Positions 1 through 8,428 are shown, numbered from the stretch's first letter. The stretch: 33,638 nt of DNA from Minisyncoccota bacterium (GCA_041661305.1 JBAZUR010000002.1:76621-110258); one strand, 5' to 3'. Notes: generated from the sequence alone by a model not told the origin. Translations and numbers: made by a program.

Positions 1-106
1 TATTAGAAAGAAAAATATTTTCAATCGTGGCAAGTGGGGCGTTAAGGGTGGCGGAAAGAAAGCCTATGTATTCTTAAAGAAAGGCGATTCAATTGATTTT
101 GCATAA
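1..106 (+). CDS. rplW: 50S ribosomal protein L23, C-terminal part (5' truncated by window edge)
   Basis: Frame from nt 2 reads ...GKWGVKGGGKKAYVFLKKGDSIDFA* (KKAYVxL motif of L23); directly upstream of rplB as in the S10 operon. Confidence 0.9.
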   Translation, partial: IRKKNIFNRGKWGVKGGGKKAYVFLKKGDSIDFA

Positions 107-116
107 TTAAACTATT

Positions 117-959
117 ATGAAAACCTATAAACCAACATCACCATCACGAAGACACATGACAGTTGTGCCTTATCGTGGAGTTATTACACACACAGAGCCA
201 TTAAAAGCGCTTACCACAGGTCGTAAGCGAGATAGTGGGCGTAATTCTGCTGGACGTATAACAACTCGACACAAAGGAGGCGGACACAAAAGACTCTTCC
301 GTGATATTGATTTTAAATATAATAAATTCGACATTCCAGCAAAGATTGCGAGCGTTGAATATGACCCAAACCGGACTGGTTTTATAGGTCTTGCTGTTTA
401 TGCTGACGGGGAAAAGCGTTACGTTCTTCTTCCTAAGTCAGTAGAAGTTGGCAAATCTTTCATCGTTAGCGAGACTGCTCCTATTGCTCCAGGAAACCGC
501 ATGCCATTAAAACAAGTTCCAGTTGGTACGTTTGTGTACAACGTAGAACTAAAACCTAAGGGAGGCTCAAAAATTGCGCGAGGAGCCGGTGTTTACGTGG
601 AGGTTATCGCCAATAACGACGGTTACACGCACTTGAAGATGCCATCAAGCGAAGTCAGAAAAGTTTCTGATAAGTGTTACGCTTGTATCGGTCAGGTTTC
701 AAACGAAGAACACGGACTACGTAATGTTGGTAAGGCTGGACGTTCACGATGGATGGGTATTCGCCCAACAGTTCGTGGAACAGCTATGAACCCAGTTGAT
801 CACCCACACGGTGGAGGTGAAGGACGCCAGGGTCGCGGTCTTCGTCGCGCAAAGAGTAAGTGGGGTAAACCAACAGGAAAGGGTCAAAAGACACGAACTC
901 CTAAGAAATATTCAAACGTTTTCATTGTTTCTCGAAGAAAAGTTGGAAAGAAACGATAA
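117..959 (+). CDS. rplB: 50S ribosomal protein L2
   Basis: GRNSAGRITTRHKGGGHKR, EYDPNR and RGTAMNPVDHPHGGGEG motifs. Confidence 0.99.
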   Translation: MKTYKPTSPSRRHMTVVPYRGVITHTEPLKALTTGRKRDSGRNSAGRITTRHKGGGHKRLFRDIDFKYNKFDIPAKIASVEYDPNRTGFIGLAVYADGEKRYVLLPKSVEVGKSFIVSETAPIAPGNRMPLKQVPVGTFVYNVELKPKGGSKIARGAGVYVEVIANNDGYTHLKMPSSEVRKVSDKCYACIGQVSNEEHGLRNVGKAGRSRWMGIRPTVRGTAMNPVDHPHGGGEGRQGRGLRRAKSKWGKPTGKGQKTRTPKKYSNVFIVSRRKVGKKR

Positions 960-970
960 AAAGATAATTA

Positions 971-1006
971 AAACAAAAATCCCGCCAGTTGGCGGGATTT
1001 TTGTTT
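971..1006 (+). terminator. Intrinsic (bidirectional-type) terminator after rplB
   Basis: Perfect 17-bp inverted repeat aaacaaaaatcccgcca / tggcgggatttttgttt with GC core and A/T tails. Confidence 0.85.
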
Positions 1007-1030
1007 GGCAGTAGCGATATTTAGTGGTTG

Positions 1031-1058
1031 TTTACAATTTTTTAAGATTGCGTAGTAT
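1031..1058 (+). promoter_or_regulatory. Putative sigma70 promoter of the inserted 88-aa ORF
   Basis: TTTACA-16nt-TAGTAT upstream of GGAGG (1091-1095) and ATG 1103. Confidence 0.4.
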
Positions 1059-1102
1059 TCAGTAAGAAAGGAAGTTCAACGCTACCAGATGGAGGTTCCC
1101 CG

Positions 1103-1369
1103 ATGGACGACAAATTTAAATTGTTTCATGAGATTTCTCGCTTTTTGCGTACTGCTCCACAGCCGGTGGTAAAGGCATGGAGAGAGGGATGGACTAAAAT
1201 CACCCTCTTCCCCGACGGGTTTGAGTCGTGGGATTCGTGCGGGTGTTGTACTACTGGACATGCTCCAGGGTGGTACGGTACAAATTCCAGAGAGGAATGT
1301 TGGTGGATTTGTGGCCCCAACGGAGAAAGCGTTAAAGGTAAAGCCCCAGAAGGACTTTGTTGTTTGTGA
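1103..1369 (+). CDS. Small Cys/Trp-rich hypothetical protein (88 aa) inserted in the S10 operon
   Basis: GGAGG Shine-Dalgarno 7 nt before ATG, candidate promoter upstream, terminator downstream; 7 Cys and 6 Trp; no family recognised. Confidence 0.7.
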   Translation: MDDKFKLFHEISRFLRTAPQPVVKAWREGWTKITLFPDGFESWDSCGCCTTGHAPGWYGTNSREECWWICGPNGESVKGKAPEGLCCL

Positions 1370-1396
1370 AAGTCTGGGGTGGCCAAGAAATGAAGA

Positions 1397-1427
1397 AAAG
1401 GCCTGCGCATGCGCAGGCCTTTGTTTT
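1397..1427 (+). terminator. Palindromic terminator-like hairpin
   Basis: Perfect 26-bp palindrome aaaggcctgcgcatgcgcaggccttt (1397-1422) followed by gtttt. Confidence 0.7.
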
Positions 1428-1711
1428 ATAGGTGGCCCCGATTGGGTAGGGGCAGACCTCCTGGTATCTAGTCGAACGACTCCGCTCCTCAAAAATCGAG
1501 TACGTTTGTGTCAGTTCGACAAAGCGGACATCCGCCTCCGGGGGCAGTGTTCCAGGGTGAGGGAATTGATTACAACGACTTGCCTCCTTTACTCATATCC
1601 CAAGTCCGATTGGGGAGCGGCATACACCAAGGGGAATATGTGGCCAGGACGGCCGACGACCCCAAGATTAGTCACCAAATCCATTTTTGATATTATAGGA
1701 TTTAGTTTGGT

Positions 1712-1739
1712 TTGACAACGGTTTTTCTTCTGATAATAT
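1712..1739 (+). promoter_or_regulatory. Restart promoter for rpsS-rplE
   Basis: TTGACA-16nt-TAATAT with extended -10 (TGa). Confidence 0.75.
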
Positions 1740-1747
1740 GCACGACA

Positions 1748-1767
1748 AGCTCACTTGGGCTGTTTTT
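1748..1767 (+). promoter_or_regulatory. +1 hairpin motif shared with the rpsN leader
   Basis: AGCTCActtGGGCTgttttt; parallels GGAGCTCAtttGAGCCTgtttttt at 6131-6154. Confidence 0.55.
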
Positions 1768-1797
1768 GTTTGTTATCTAAAATTATACTAATTACAC

Positions 1798-2142
1798 ATG
1801 ACCAGGTCACTAAAAAAAGGACCATACGTTGACCCTCGCCTTCTAAAAAAAATAGAAGGTAAAAAGCCGCTTGAAGCGGGGGTTATTAAGACGTGGTCAC
1901 GACCATGTCAGATTTCCCCAGAGATGGTTGGTTTTACTTTTGGTGTACACAACGGAAGAGCTCATATTGAAGTTTTAGTTACCGAAGATATGGTAGGTCA
2001 TCGCTTGGGTGAATTTTCTCCTACAAAGAAATTCTTGAGACACGGAGGTAAGATGCAGAAAGAGCTTGAACAAAAGAAGAAACAGGCAGAAATTTCTGCT
2101 GCTCAGTCAGCTAAAGCCTCTGCTGACACCAAGAAGAAATAA
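1798..2142 (+). CDS. rpsS: 30S ribosomal protein S19 (Lys/Ala-rich C-terminal extension)
   Basis: [34 protein letters not shown] motifs. Confidence 0.98.
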   Translation: MTRSLKKGPYVDPRLLKKIEGKKPLEAGVIKTWSRPCQISPEMVGFTFGVHNGRAHIEVLVTEDMVGHRLGEFSPTKKFLRHGGKMQKELEQKKKQAEISAAQSAKASADTKKK

Positions 2143-2147
2143 AAAAT

Positions 2148-2573
2148 ATGAAAGCTGCACTAACAAATTATCGCCAATCACCAAGAAAAGTTAGACTTGT
2201 TACTGACTTGGTCAAAGGTAAAAGTGTTGAGCAAGCAATTGCCTTGCTTACTTTTTCTGGCAAGCGTGCGGGAGACCCAATTCAAAAACTTATTCGCTCT
2301 GCTGCTGCAAATGCAAAAGCAAACCACAAAATGGAGGGCGAACTTTTCATAAAAGAATTCCGTGTTGATGGTGGCGTTACACTAAAACGATCAATGCCTC
2401 GCGCTCGTGGTTCAGCTTTTCCAATCAAGAAGCGTCAGAGCCATATTTTGTTGGTTCTTGAAGAGCGTGGTGCCGGAGCATTAAAGACAGAGGAAAAGAA
2501 AGCTGTTTCTGGTACCAAAAAAGTAACAAAGGCCGAAAAAAGTACTACTAAAAAGCTAAAAGCTAAAAGCTAA
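2148..2573 (+). CDS. rplV: 50S ribosomal protein L22 (Lys-rich C-terminal extension)
   Basis: RQSPRKVRLV, SAAANA, PRARGSA motifs; operon position. Confidence 0.98.
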   Translation: MKAALTNYRQSPRKVRLVTDLVKGKSVEQAIALLTFSGKRAGDPIQKLIRSAAANAKANHKMEGELFIKEFRVDGGVTLKRSMPRARGSAFPIKKRQSHILLVLEERGAGALKTEEKKAVSGTKKVTKAEKSTTKKLKAKS

Positions 2574-2587
2574 GAGCTATCATTATC

Positions 2588-3262
2588 ATGACCCACGTAG
2601 TCCATCCATACGCACATAGAATAGGAATTTTAAGAGACTGGAAGTCTCGCTGGTTCGCAACGCTTGGTGGAAAATACAGCAAACTATTGCGTGGTGATGT
2701 TTTAATCCGTGAATACCTAGAAAAGAAACTTCGAGGTTTTTATATTGACTCTATCGATATTGAAAGAAGTCCAAAAACCTTACGTTTAAATATCAGGACT
2801 TCAAGACCGGGTATGGTCATTGGTAGAAGTGGTGAAGGTTCGACTCGTTTACGTAACGACATTGTTGCTTTCATGAGAAAGAACAAACTTGAAACACCAG
2901 GTGAGTTGAAGATTGATATCGAAGAAGTTTCATCTCCTGAATCAAGCGCCGCAATCGTTTCATATATGGTTGCTGAGGCCCTAGAGAAGCGTTTGCCATT
3001 CCGTCGTGTTCTAAAACAGACAGTTGAAAAAGTTATGGCCAACCGAGACGTCAAAGGTGTTAAGGTTGCTCTATCTGGTCGTTTGGGTGGTGCTGATATG
3101 GCAAGACGTGAACACTTAAAGCGTGGAGGAATTCCTCTTCAGACAATGCGTGCTGATATTGATTTTTATCGTGAAAAAGCACACCTCCCATACGGCGATA
3201 TTGGTATCAAGGTTTGGATTTACAAGGGAGAGGTTTTTGCAAAAGACCAAGAGAAAAAATAA
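2588..3262 (+). CDS. rpsC: 30S ribosomal protein S3
   Basis: HPYAHRIGI, RPGMVIGRSG, SGRLGGADMAR, YGDIGIKVWIYKGE motifs. Confidence 0.98.
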   Translation: MTHVVHPYAHRIGILRDWKSRWFATLGGKYSKLLRGDVLIREYLEKKLRGFYIDSIDIERSPKTLRLNIRTSRPGMVIGRSGEGSTRLRNDIVAFMRKNKLETPGELKIDIEEVSSPESSAAIVSYMVAEALEKRLPFRRVLKQTVEKVMANRDVKGVKVALSGRLGGADMARREHLKRGGIPLQTMRADIDFYREKAHLPYGDIGIKVWIYKGEVFAKDQEKK

Positions 3263-3274
3263 TCTTACAAAATC

Positions 3275-3703
3275 ATGTTATTCCCTAAAAAAGTTAAATA
3301 CCGTAAGTGGCAGACGACAAGAAAGAATCCTGCTAAGTTAAAAGTGGAGACACGTGGTCTTTCTCTTTCTTATGGCGCCTTTGGTTTGAAAGCTCAGACT
3401 GAAGCTCGTGTTGAAAGCAAGCAGATTGAAGCTGCTCGTCGTGCAATGTCACGTGCTCTTGGTAAAACTGGTCGTATTTGGATTCGTATTTTCCCTGACC
3501 GACCAATAACAGCGAAAGCAGCTGAAGTTCCTATGGGTAAAGGAAAAGGAGATCCAAAGGGATACTGCTTCCAGGTAAAACCAGGAAGGATTTTGTTTGA
3601 AGTTGATGGTGTGGTAGAGTCAGTCGCTCGAGAGGCTTTGCGTAAAGGAGGTACAAAACTTCCTCTTAAGACCAAGTTCATGAGTCGCGCAGGGATGGTT
3701 TAA
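3275..3703 (+). CDS. rplP: 50S ribosomal protein L16
   Basis: MLFPKKVKYRK, IEAARRA, WIRIFPD, MGKGKG motifs. Confidence 0.98.
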   Translation: MLFPKKVKYRKWQTTRKNPAKLKVETRGLSLSYGAFGLKAQTEARVESKQIEAARRAMSRALGKTGRIWIRIFPDRPITAKAAEVPMGKGKGDPKGYCFQVKPGRILFEVDGVVESVAREALRKGGTKLPLKTKFMSRAGMV

Positions 3704-3711
3704 TTAAATTT

Positions 3712-3912
3712 ATGAAGAAAGATATAAAAACAAAAGACGCAAAAGATTTACAGAAACTTCTTGTTGAAAAGCAGGATGCTTTGCGCGCTTTTCGTCTTGG
3801 TCTTTCTGGTGGTAAGGTTAAGAATGTTAAAGAGGGTGCCGAGATAAAGAAAGACATTGCTCGCATTATGACTGAAGTTTCAAGTCGCCGAATTTCGACC
3901 ATCGCCAAATAA
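3712..3912 (+). CDS. rpmC: 50S ribosomal protein L29
   Basis: Size, [10 protein letters not shown] motif and position between rplP and rpsQ. Confidence 0.95.
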   Translation: MKKDIKTKDAKDLQKLLVEKQDALRAFRLGLSGGKVKNVKEGAEIKKDIARIMTEVSSRRISTIAK

Positions 3913-3920
3913 ATATTTAT

Positions 3921-4175
3921 ATGAAAAAAGCTACTGAACAAAAGAAGACAAAGGTTTTTAAAGGAAAGGTTATTTCCGACAAGATGGATAAAACCGTGGT
4001 TGTTCTTGTTGAGCGATACGTGAAGCATGCTAAGTATGGTAAGTTCATGAATATAACCAAGCACTACAAAGCTCACGATGAGGAGAATGCTTTTAAGGTT
4101 GGAGATGTGGTTGAAATAGAGGAGACCCGCCCAATATCAAAAGATAAGACTTTTAAGGTGCGCACCACAAAATAA
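3921..4175 (+). CDS. rpsQ: 30S ribosomal protein S17
   Basis: [27 protein letters not shown] motifs. Confidence 0.98.
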   Translation: MKKATEQKKTKVFKGKVISDKMDKTVVVLVERYVKHAKYGKFMNITKHYKAHDEENAFKVGDVVEIEETRPISKDKTFKVRTTK

Positions 4176-4179
4176 TTTT

Positions 4180-4548
4180 ATGATACAAGATGGAACAGTT
4201 GTAAAAGTGACAGATAACTCCGGCGCCAAAATCGGAAAGGTGTTTAAGGTTTTGGGTGGATCAAAAAGACGATATGCACAAATCGGTGACCTTGTTGTGC
4301 TTTCTATAAAAATCGCGGAACCACGTAAGACAACAAAAAAGAAAGATGTGGTTAAGGGTGTTGTTGTTCGCCAGAGAAAGCCATTTAAGCGTAAAGACGG
4401 TTCGTACATCTCTTTTGACGATACAGCTGTGGTTTTAGTCGACGATAAGGGTGAACCAAAGGCAGGACGTGTTTTCGGACCTATTCCACGCGAGATTGGC
4501 GAACGTGGTTACCAGAAAATAGTTTCTTTGGCGCCTGAGGTTATATAG
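4180..4548 (+). CDS. rplN: 50S ribosomal protein L14
   Basis: MIQ..DNSGAK, FDDTAVVL, RVFGPIPRE motifs. Confidence 0.98.
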   Translation: MIQDGTVVKVTDNSGAKIGKVFKVLGGSKRRYAQIGDLVVLSIKIAEPRKTTKKKDVVKGVVVRQRKPFKRKDGSYISFDDTAVVLVDDKGEPKAGRVFGPIPREIGERGYQKIVSLAPEVI

Positions 4549-4554
4549 AAAAAT

Positions 4555-4860
4555 ATGAAAATCAAAAAAGGAGACAATATAATAATCATTGCCGGCAAAG
4601 ACCGCGGTAAAAAAGGAAAGGTTGTTAAATCTATGCCTAAGGACAGCAAAGTTGTTGTCGAGGGTTTGAATATGGTTAAACGACACAAGAAAGCTCGCAA
4701 GGCCGGAACAAAAGGGCAGACAGTTTCTGTAGCTATGCCAATCAACGTATCAAATGTTATGGTTGTTGATCCAAAAGACGGCACCCAAACACGCGTTGGC
4801 AAGAAACTTTCCGGTGGAAGATTTGTCCGTGTGACCAAGAAAAGCGGAAGCGAAATATAA
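4555..4860 (+). CDS. rplX: 50S ribosomal protein L24
   Basis: KKGD..IIAGKDRGKKG KOW motif, VEGLN, SNV. Confidence 0.98.
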   Translation: MKIKKGDNIIIIAGKDRGKKGKVVKSMPKDSKVVVEGLNMVKRHKKARKAGTKGQTVSVAMPINVSNVMVVDPKDGTQTRVGKKLSGGRFVRVTKKSGSEI

Positions 4861-4864
4861 AATC

Positions 4865-5413
4865 ATGAAAACACAAACAACCAAAGAAAAAGAAGGAGAA
4901 GTTTACACCAAGCTAAAAGGAGAGTTTGGTTATAAAAACAAAATGGCTTCGCCAAAACTTACGAAGGTTGTTATTTCTGTTGGTGTAGGTAATCTTTTGA
5001 AAAAAGATAGAACCAAGGGTGATTTCGTAAACGGTAGACTCGGAAAGATTACAGGTCAAAAGTCTGTTGCACGTGGGGCCAAGAAAGCTATTGCCACCTT
5101 CAAATCTCGACAAGGGGATATTATCGGCTACATGGTTACTCTTCGTGGAAAGAGAATGTTTTCTTTCTTGGAGAAACTTCTTAACGTTGCCCTTCCTCGC
5201 ACTAAGGACTTCCGTGGTATTAATCGCACTGCGGTTGATGAAATGGGAAATCTTACAATCGGCATAAAAGAGCACACAATTTTCCCAGAAACAGCGGACG
5301 AAGAACTCAAAGACGTTTTTGGAATGGCTATTACTTTGGTTAGTACCGCAAAAAGCAAAAAAGAAGGAATGGCTTTTTACGAAGTTCTAGGCGTCCCATT
5401 CAAGAGAAAATAG
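4865..5413 (+). CDS. rplE: 50S ribosomal protein L5
   Basis: ITGQK, MVTLRG, LPRTKDFRG, GIKEHTIFPE motifs. Confidence 0.98.
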   Translation: MKTQTTKEKEGEVYTKLKGEFGYKNKMASPKLTKVVISVGVGNLLKKDRTKGDFVNGRLGKITGQKSVARGAKKAIATFKSRQGDIIGYMVTLRGKRMFSFLEKLLNVALPRTKDFRGINRTAVDEMGNLTIGIKEHTIFPETADEELKDVFGMAITLVSTAKSKKEGMAFYEVLGVPFKRK

Positions 5414-5425
5414 AACATTTTACAC

Positions 5426-5469
5426 TCAACAAAAAACCCTCTCTATTTGCAGAGAGGGTTTTTTGTTGA
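5426..5469 (+). terminator. Intrinsic terminator after rplE
   Basis: Perfect 19-bp inverted repeat tcaacaaaaaaccctctct / agagagggttttttgttga; its distal end overlaps a TTGACA (5466-5471) that may be the -35 of the inserted gene. Confidence 0.85.
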
Positions 5470-5563
5470 CATATGTTACTTAAGGAGTAACCTTTAAGAC
5501 GGAAGCGTAATACACTCGTTTTTAATTTTTTAAAAATCGTTGTATATAAAAAGGAGATTCGCC

Positions 5564-6016
5564 ATGACGAAGAAGATGTCGGAAGCGGTACTGGTAGCAA
5601 AATCTGAAGCCGCGGCAAGAAGGAAATGCGTAAAGAGCCTGGTTGCTTGGAGTGCCAAGCCGGTCTCCATGGAATCGCTTGAAGATGACCATCCGGACGG
5701 ATTTCATCTTCACGACGTGGAAGGCTCCGGTTCGTTCGAAGCTCTCGCTGGGCGTCTTGAACAGAACCTTGCTCCGGCGCCGTGCGGACAGTGTCCGAAG
5801 TGCGAGTGCCCAGGTTCGCTCGAGGGCTGTCTTCTCGAGATGGATCTCGGCGAACTTCAGGATCAGTTGGACCTTGCCTCCGGCGAGGCAGAAGCAAGCC
5901 CCTTTGTTGTGGCCGCAATGAAAGCTGGCCTCAGCTATGACGAGGCCATACGCAAGGAGGTCGAGATGGAAATCGAAATGAACCGTCTCGCCAGTGAAAT
6001 GGACAGCATTCACTAG
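5564..6016 (+). CDS. Acidic hypothetical protein (150 aa) with CxxCxxCxC cluster, inserted between rplE and rpsN
   Basis: AAGGAG Shine-Dalgarno before ATG 5564 (preferred over the TTG at 5540); CGQCPKCECPGSLEGC motif; GC-richer codons than flanking genes; own terminator. Confidence 0.75.
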   Translation: MTKKMSEAVLVAKSEAAARRKCVKSLVAWSAKPVSMESLEDDHPDGFHLHDVEGSGSFEALAGRLEQNLAPAPCGQCPKCECPGSLEGCLLEMDLGELQDQLDLASGEAEASPFVVAAMKAGLSYDEAIRKEVEMEIEMNRLASEMDSIH

Positions 6017-6040
6017 TCCTTTCGCCAAGCAGAATCTTTT

Positions 6041-6077
6041 GCGCCCCTCTATACTTTGTGTATTCGGGGGCGTTTTT
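6041..6077 (+). terminator. Terminator of the inserted gene
   Basis: gcgcccct...gggggcgt stem followed by a T run. Confidence 0.6.
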
Positions 6078-6097
6078 CATTACTAATTTACAGACGT

Positions 6098-6125
6098 TTG
6101 ACATTAAGGGACGTTCTGATAGTAT
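6098..6125 (+). promoter_or_regulatory. Restart promoter for rpsN-map
   Basis: TTGACA-16nt-TAGTAT with extended -10 (TGa); same geometry as 1712-1739. Confidence 0.75.
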
Positions 6126-6130
6126 ATGCG

Positions 6131-6258
6131 GGAGCTCATTTGAGCCTGTTTTTTAGGAAACACTCCGTTTTGATCCGCTTTTCTCCTTTAGTGCGTAAGC
6201 TTTAAAGAATAAAAGTGAGATATCGAAGGGAGAGGCCCTGAATTTAAATCATTTACCT
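6131..6258 (+). promoter_or_regulatory. Structured rpsN leader (+1 hairpin plus longer stem)
   Basis: GGAGCTCAtttGAGCCTgtttttt hairpin at 6131-6154; tctccttt can pair with aagggaga further downstream. Confidence 0.45.
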
Positions 6259-6444
6259 ATGGCAAAAACATCAACACGTGTTAGGGCGTTAAAGACGCCA
6301 AAATTCAGCACACGAAAAGTAAATCGTTGTTTTCGTTGTGGTCGAAAGCGTGCTTTTATGCGCGATTTTGGTCTTTGCCGTATTTGTTTCCGTGAATTAG
6401 CCAACGATGGAAAATTGCCTGGTATTAAGAAATCATCCTGGTAA
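6259..6444 (+). CDS. rpsN: 30S ribosomal protein S14, short Zn-binding (C+) type
   Basis: 61 aa, CFRC...CRICFRELA two CxxC motifs, KSSW end (rpsZ-type). Confidence 0.98.
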   Translation: MAKTSTRVRALKTPKFSTRKVNRCFRCGRKRAFMRDFGLCRICFRELANDGKLPGIKKSSW

Positions 6445-6452
6445 AAAATATT

Positions 6453-6848
6453 ATGACCACTGACCCTATTGCAGACATGTTAATTCGCATAAAGAATGGT
6501 AGCCGAGCCAAAAAGGAAACGGTTCTTATTCCTTATTCACAATTGCGATTCTCCATTGCAGAGATTCTTCTTCGCGAGGGTTACCTTTCTTCCGTTACAA
6601 AGCGTTTACGTAAAACATCTCGCTTATTAGAAGTTGGTTTGATGTACGAAGGAAATGGTGCACCTCGCGTAACAGACGTGGAGCGCGTATCGAAATCTTC
6701 AAAGCGTGTATATATCGGAGTGCGTGAGGTGCGTAGAGTTAAATACGGTCACGGTGTTATGGTTCTTTCAACCCCCAAGGGCCTTTTGACAGGAGACGAA
6801 GCGCGTAAGGAGCACGTTGGGGGAGAAGTAATGTTTAAAATCTGGTAA
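6453..6848 (+). CDS. rpsH: 30S ribosomal protein S8
   Basis: DPIADMLIRIKN, LSTPKG, GGEV motifs. Confidence 0.98.
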   Translation: MTTDPIADMLIRIKNGSRAKKETVLIPYSQLRFSIAEILLREGYLSSVTKRLRKTSRLLEVGLMYEGNGAPRVTDVERVSKSSKRVYIGVREVRRVKYGHGVMVLSTPKGLLTGDEARKEHVGGEVMFKIW

Positions 6849-6852
6849 TTAT

Positions 6853-7386
6853 ATGAGTAGATTAGGAAAACAAATTATCGCAATCCCTGAGAAAACCACT
6901 ATCACAATGGATGGTAATAAGGTTACGGTTAAGGGTCCTTTGGGAGAACTCTCCCGTGTTTTTCGTGATAGTGAAATAACAATAAACATTGCCGATACCG
7001 TTACCTTGGTTCCAAAAAGAAATGACGTTTTCACACGTGCTCTTTGGGGAACCTATGCCTCACACATAAAAAACATGCTCGAGGGTGTTAACAAGCCTTA
7101 CGAAAAGAAACTTATTCTTGAAGGAGTTGGTTTTAAGTCAGAGGTTGCAGGAACATCTCTTAATCTTGCCCTCGGTTTTTCTCATGGAGTTAAAATGCCA
7201 ATCCCAGAAGGTCTTGCTGTAAAAGCCGAGAAAAATGTTATTACGGTTTCTGGTATTGATAAAGAAAAGGTTGGCCAATTTGCCTCACAGATTCGTGGAA
7301 TGAAGAAGCCAGAACCTTATAAAGGAAAAGGTTTCCGTTATGAGGGTGAAGTTATTCGCCGAAAGCAGGGCAAAAAATCGGCATAA
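6853..7386 (+). CDS. rplF: 50S ribosomal protein L6
   Basis: MSRLGKQ, VKGPLGEL, PEPYKGKG motifs. Confidence 0.98.
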   Translation: MSRLGKQIIAIPEKTTITMDGNKVTVKGPLGELSRVFRDSEITINIADTVTLVPKRNDVFTRALWGTYASHIKNMLEGVNKPYEKKLILEGVGFKSEVAGTSLNLALGFSHGVKMPIPEGLAVKAEKNVITVSGIDKEKVGQFASQIRGMKKPEPYKGKGFRYEGEVIRRKQGKKSA

Positions 7387-7395
7387 TATAATTAT

Positions 7396-7746
7396 ATGAA
7401 AAAAGGAAATTCAAAAACTGAACTTCGAGCGAGACGACACAAAAAAATTCGTTCTCAAGTTTCTGGCACAATCGAGCGCCCACGTCTCGCTGTATATAAA
7501 TCAAACCAGTATCTTTATGCTCAGGTTATTGACGATGTTTCTGGTAAGACAATTGCCCAAGCCTCAGATATTACAATGAAGGGAAAGACAAAAACCGAAA
7601 GAGCAAAGCAGGTTGGTGTTGAAATAGCAAAAAATGCTCTCGCTAAAAAGGTTAGCAAGGTCGTTTTCGATAGGGGCGGATTTAGTTACACTGGACGTAT
7701 TAAGATGCTTGCCGAAGCGGCTCGCGAAGGTGGTCTTCAATTTTAA
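7396..7746 (+). CDS. rplR: 50S ribosomal protein L18
   Basis: [32 protein letters not shown]. Confidence 0.98.
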   Translation: MKKGNSKTELRARRHKKIRSQVSGTIERPRLAVYKSNQYLYAQVIDDVSGKTIAQASDITMKGKTKTERAKQVGVEIAKNALAKKVSKVVFDRGGFSYTGRIKMLAEAAREGGLQF

Positions 7747-7757
7747 TTTTCAAATAT

Positions 7758-8423
7758 ATGACGAACGAAGAAACAACTAAAGAAGAAATTGTAAACGCTG
7801 ACGTAGCGGCTGTTATTCCTGATGCAGTAGCACCAGTTACAGCAACGACAGAGGAGCGTCCTAAGACAAGAAACGATTTCTCTGGGCGTCGAGATGCCGG
7901 AAAAAAGAAAGGTGGCTCACGTCCATTTAGAAAAGGCTTTGAAAGAGTTAAGCCAGAGTTTGATCACAAAATAATAAATATTCGTCGTGTTGCTCGTGTT
8001 GTGGCAGGAGGTCGCCGCTTTAGTTTTAGCGTTGTTCTTGTTGCTGGAGATCGAAAGGGAACAGTTGGTGTTGGTATGGGTAAGGCCGGAGATACAGCAC
8101 TCGCAATCGAAAAGGCAATGCGCTCCGCTAAGAAGAATATGTTCAAGATTGCCTTAAACAAGAAAATGTCTATTCCTCATGATGTTGAAGCAAAATATTC
8201 AAGTGGTACGGTTATGCTTATGCCAAACAAATCTCGTGGACTTATTGCTGGTTCGGCTGTACGTATTGTCGCCGATTTGGGAGGAGTTAAGGATATTACT
8301 GGAAAAGTTTTTTCCGGAAGTAAGAACTCATTGAATATTGCCATGGCAACAGTTAAAGCGTTGAAAATGTTGAAAACAACAAGAACACACGCAGTTGTTC
8401 TAGAGGATAAGACGAATAAATAA
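7758..8423 (+). CDS. rpsE: 30S ribosomal protein S5 (acidic N-terminal extension)
   Basis: RVARVVAGGRRFSFS, GVGMGKA, GLIAGSAVR motifs. Confidence 0.98.
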   Translation: MTNEETTKEEIVNADVAAVIPDAVAPVTATTEERPKTRNDFSGRRDAGKKKGGSRPFRKGFERVKPEFDHKIINIRRVARVVAGGRRFSFSVVLVAGDRKGTVGVGMGKAGDTALAIEKAMRSAKKNMFKIALNKKMSIPHDVEAKYSSGTVMLMPNKSRGLIAGSAVRIVADLGGVKDITGKVFSGSKNSLNIAMATVKALKMLKTTRTHAVVLEDKTNK

Positions 8424-8428
8424 ACATC

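Noticed and set aside
1221-1715. 164-aa plus-strand ORF, and 1508-1690, 1082-1492 and 1126-1410
   Set aside because: They overlap the SD-led 88-aa gene, run through the terminator or promoter, and have no SD or recognisable motif
5522-6028. 168-aa and 172-aa minus-strand ORFs opposite the inserted gene
   Set aside because: Antisense shadows of a GC-richer gene; SD, promoter and terminator all favour the plus strand
1798-8423. Lys-rich or acidic terminal extensions of S19, L22 and S5 as a novel feature
   Set aside because: Low-complexity r-protein tails are common and variable; nothing here indicates a specific function
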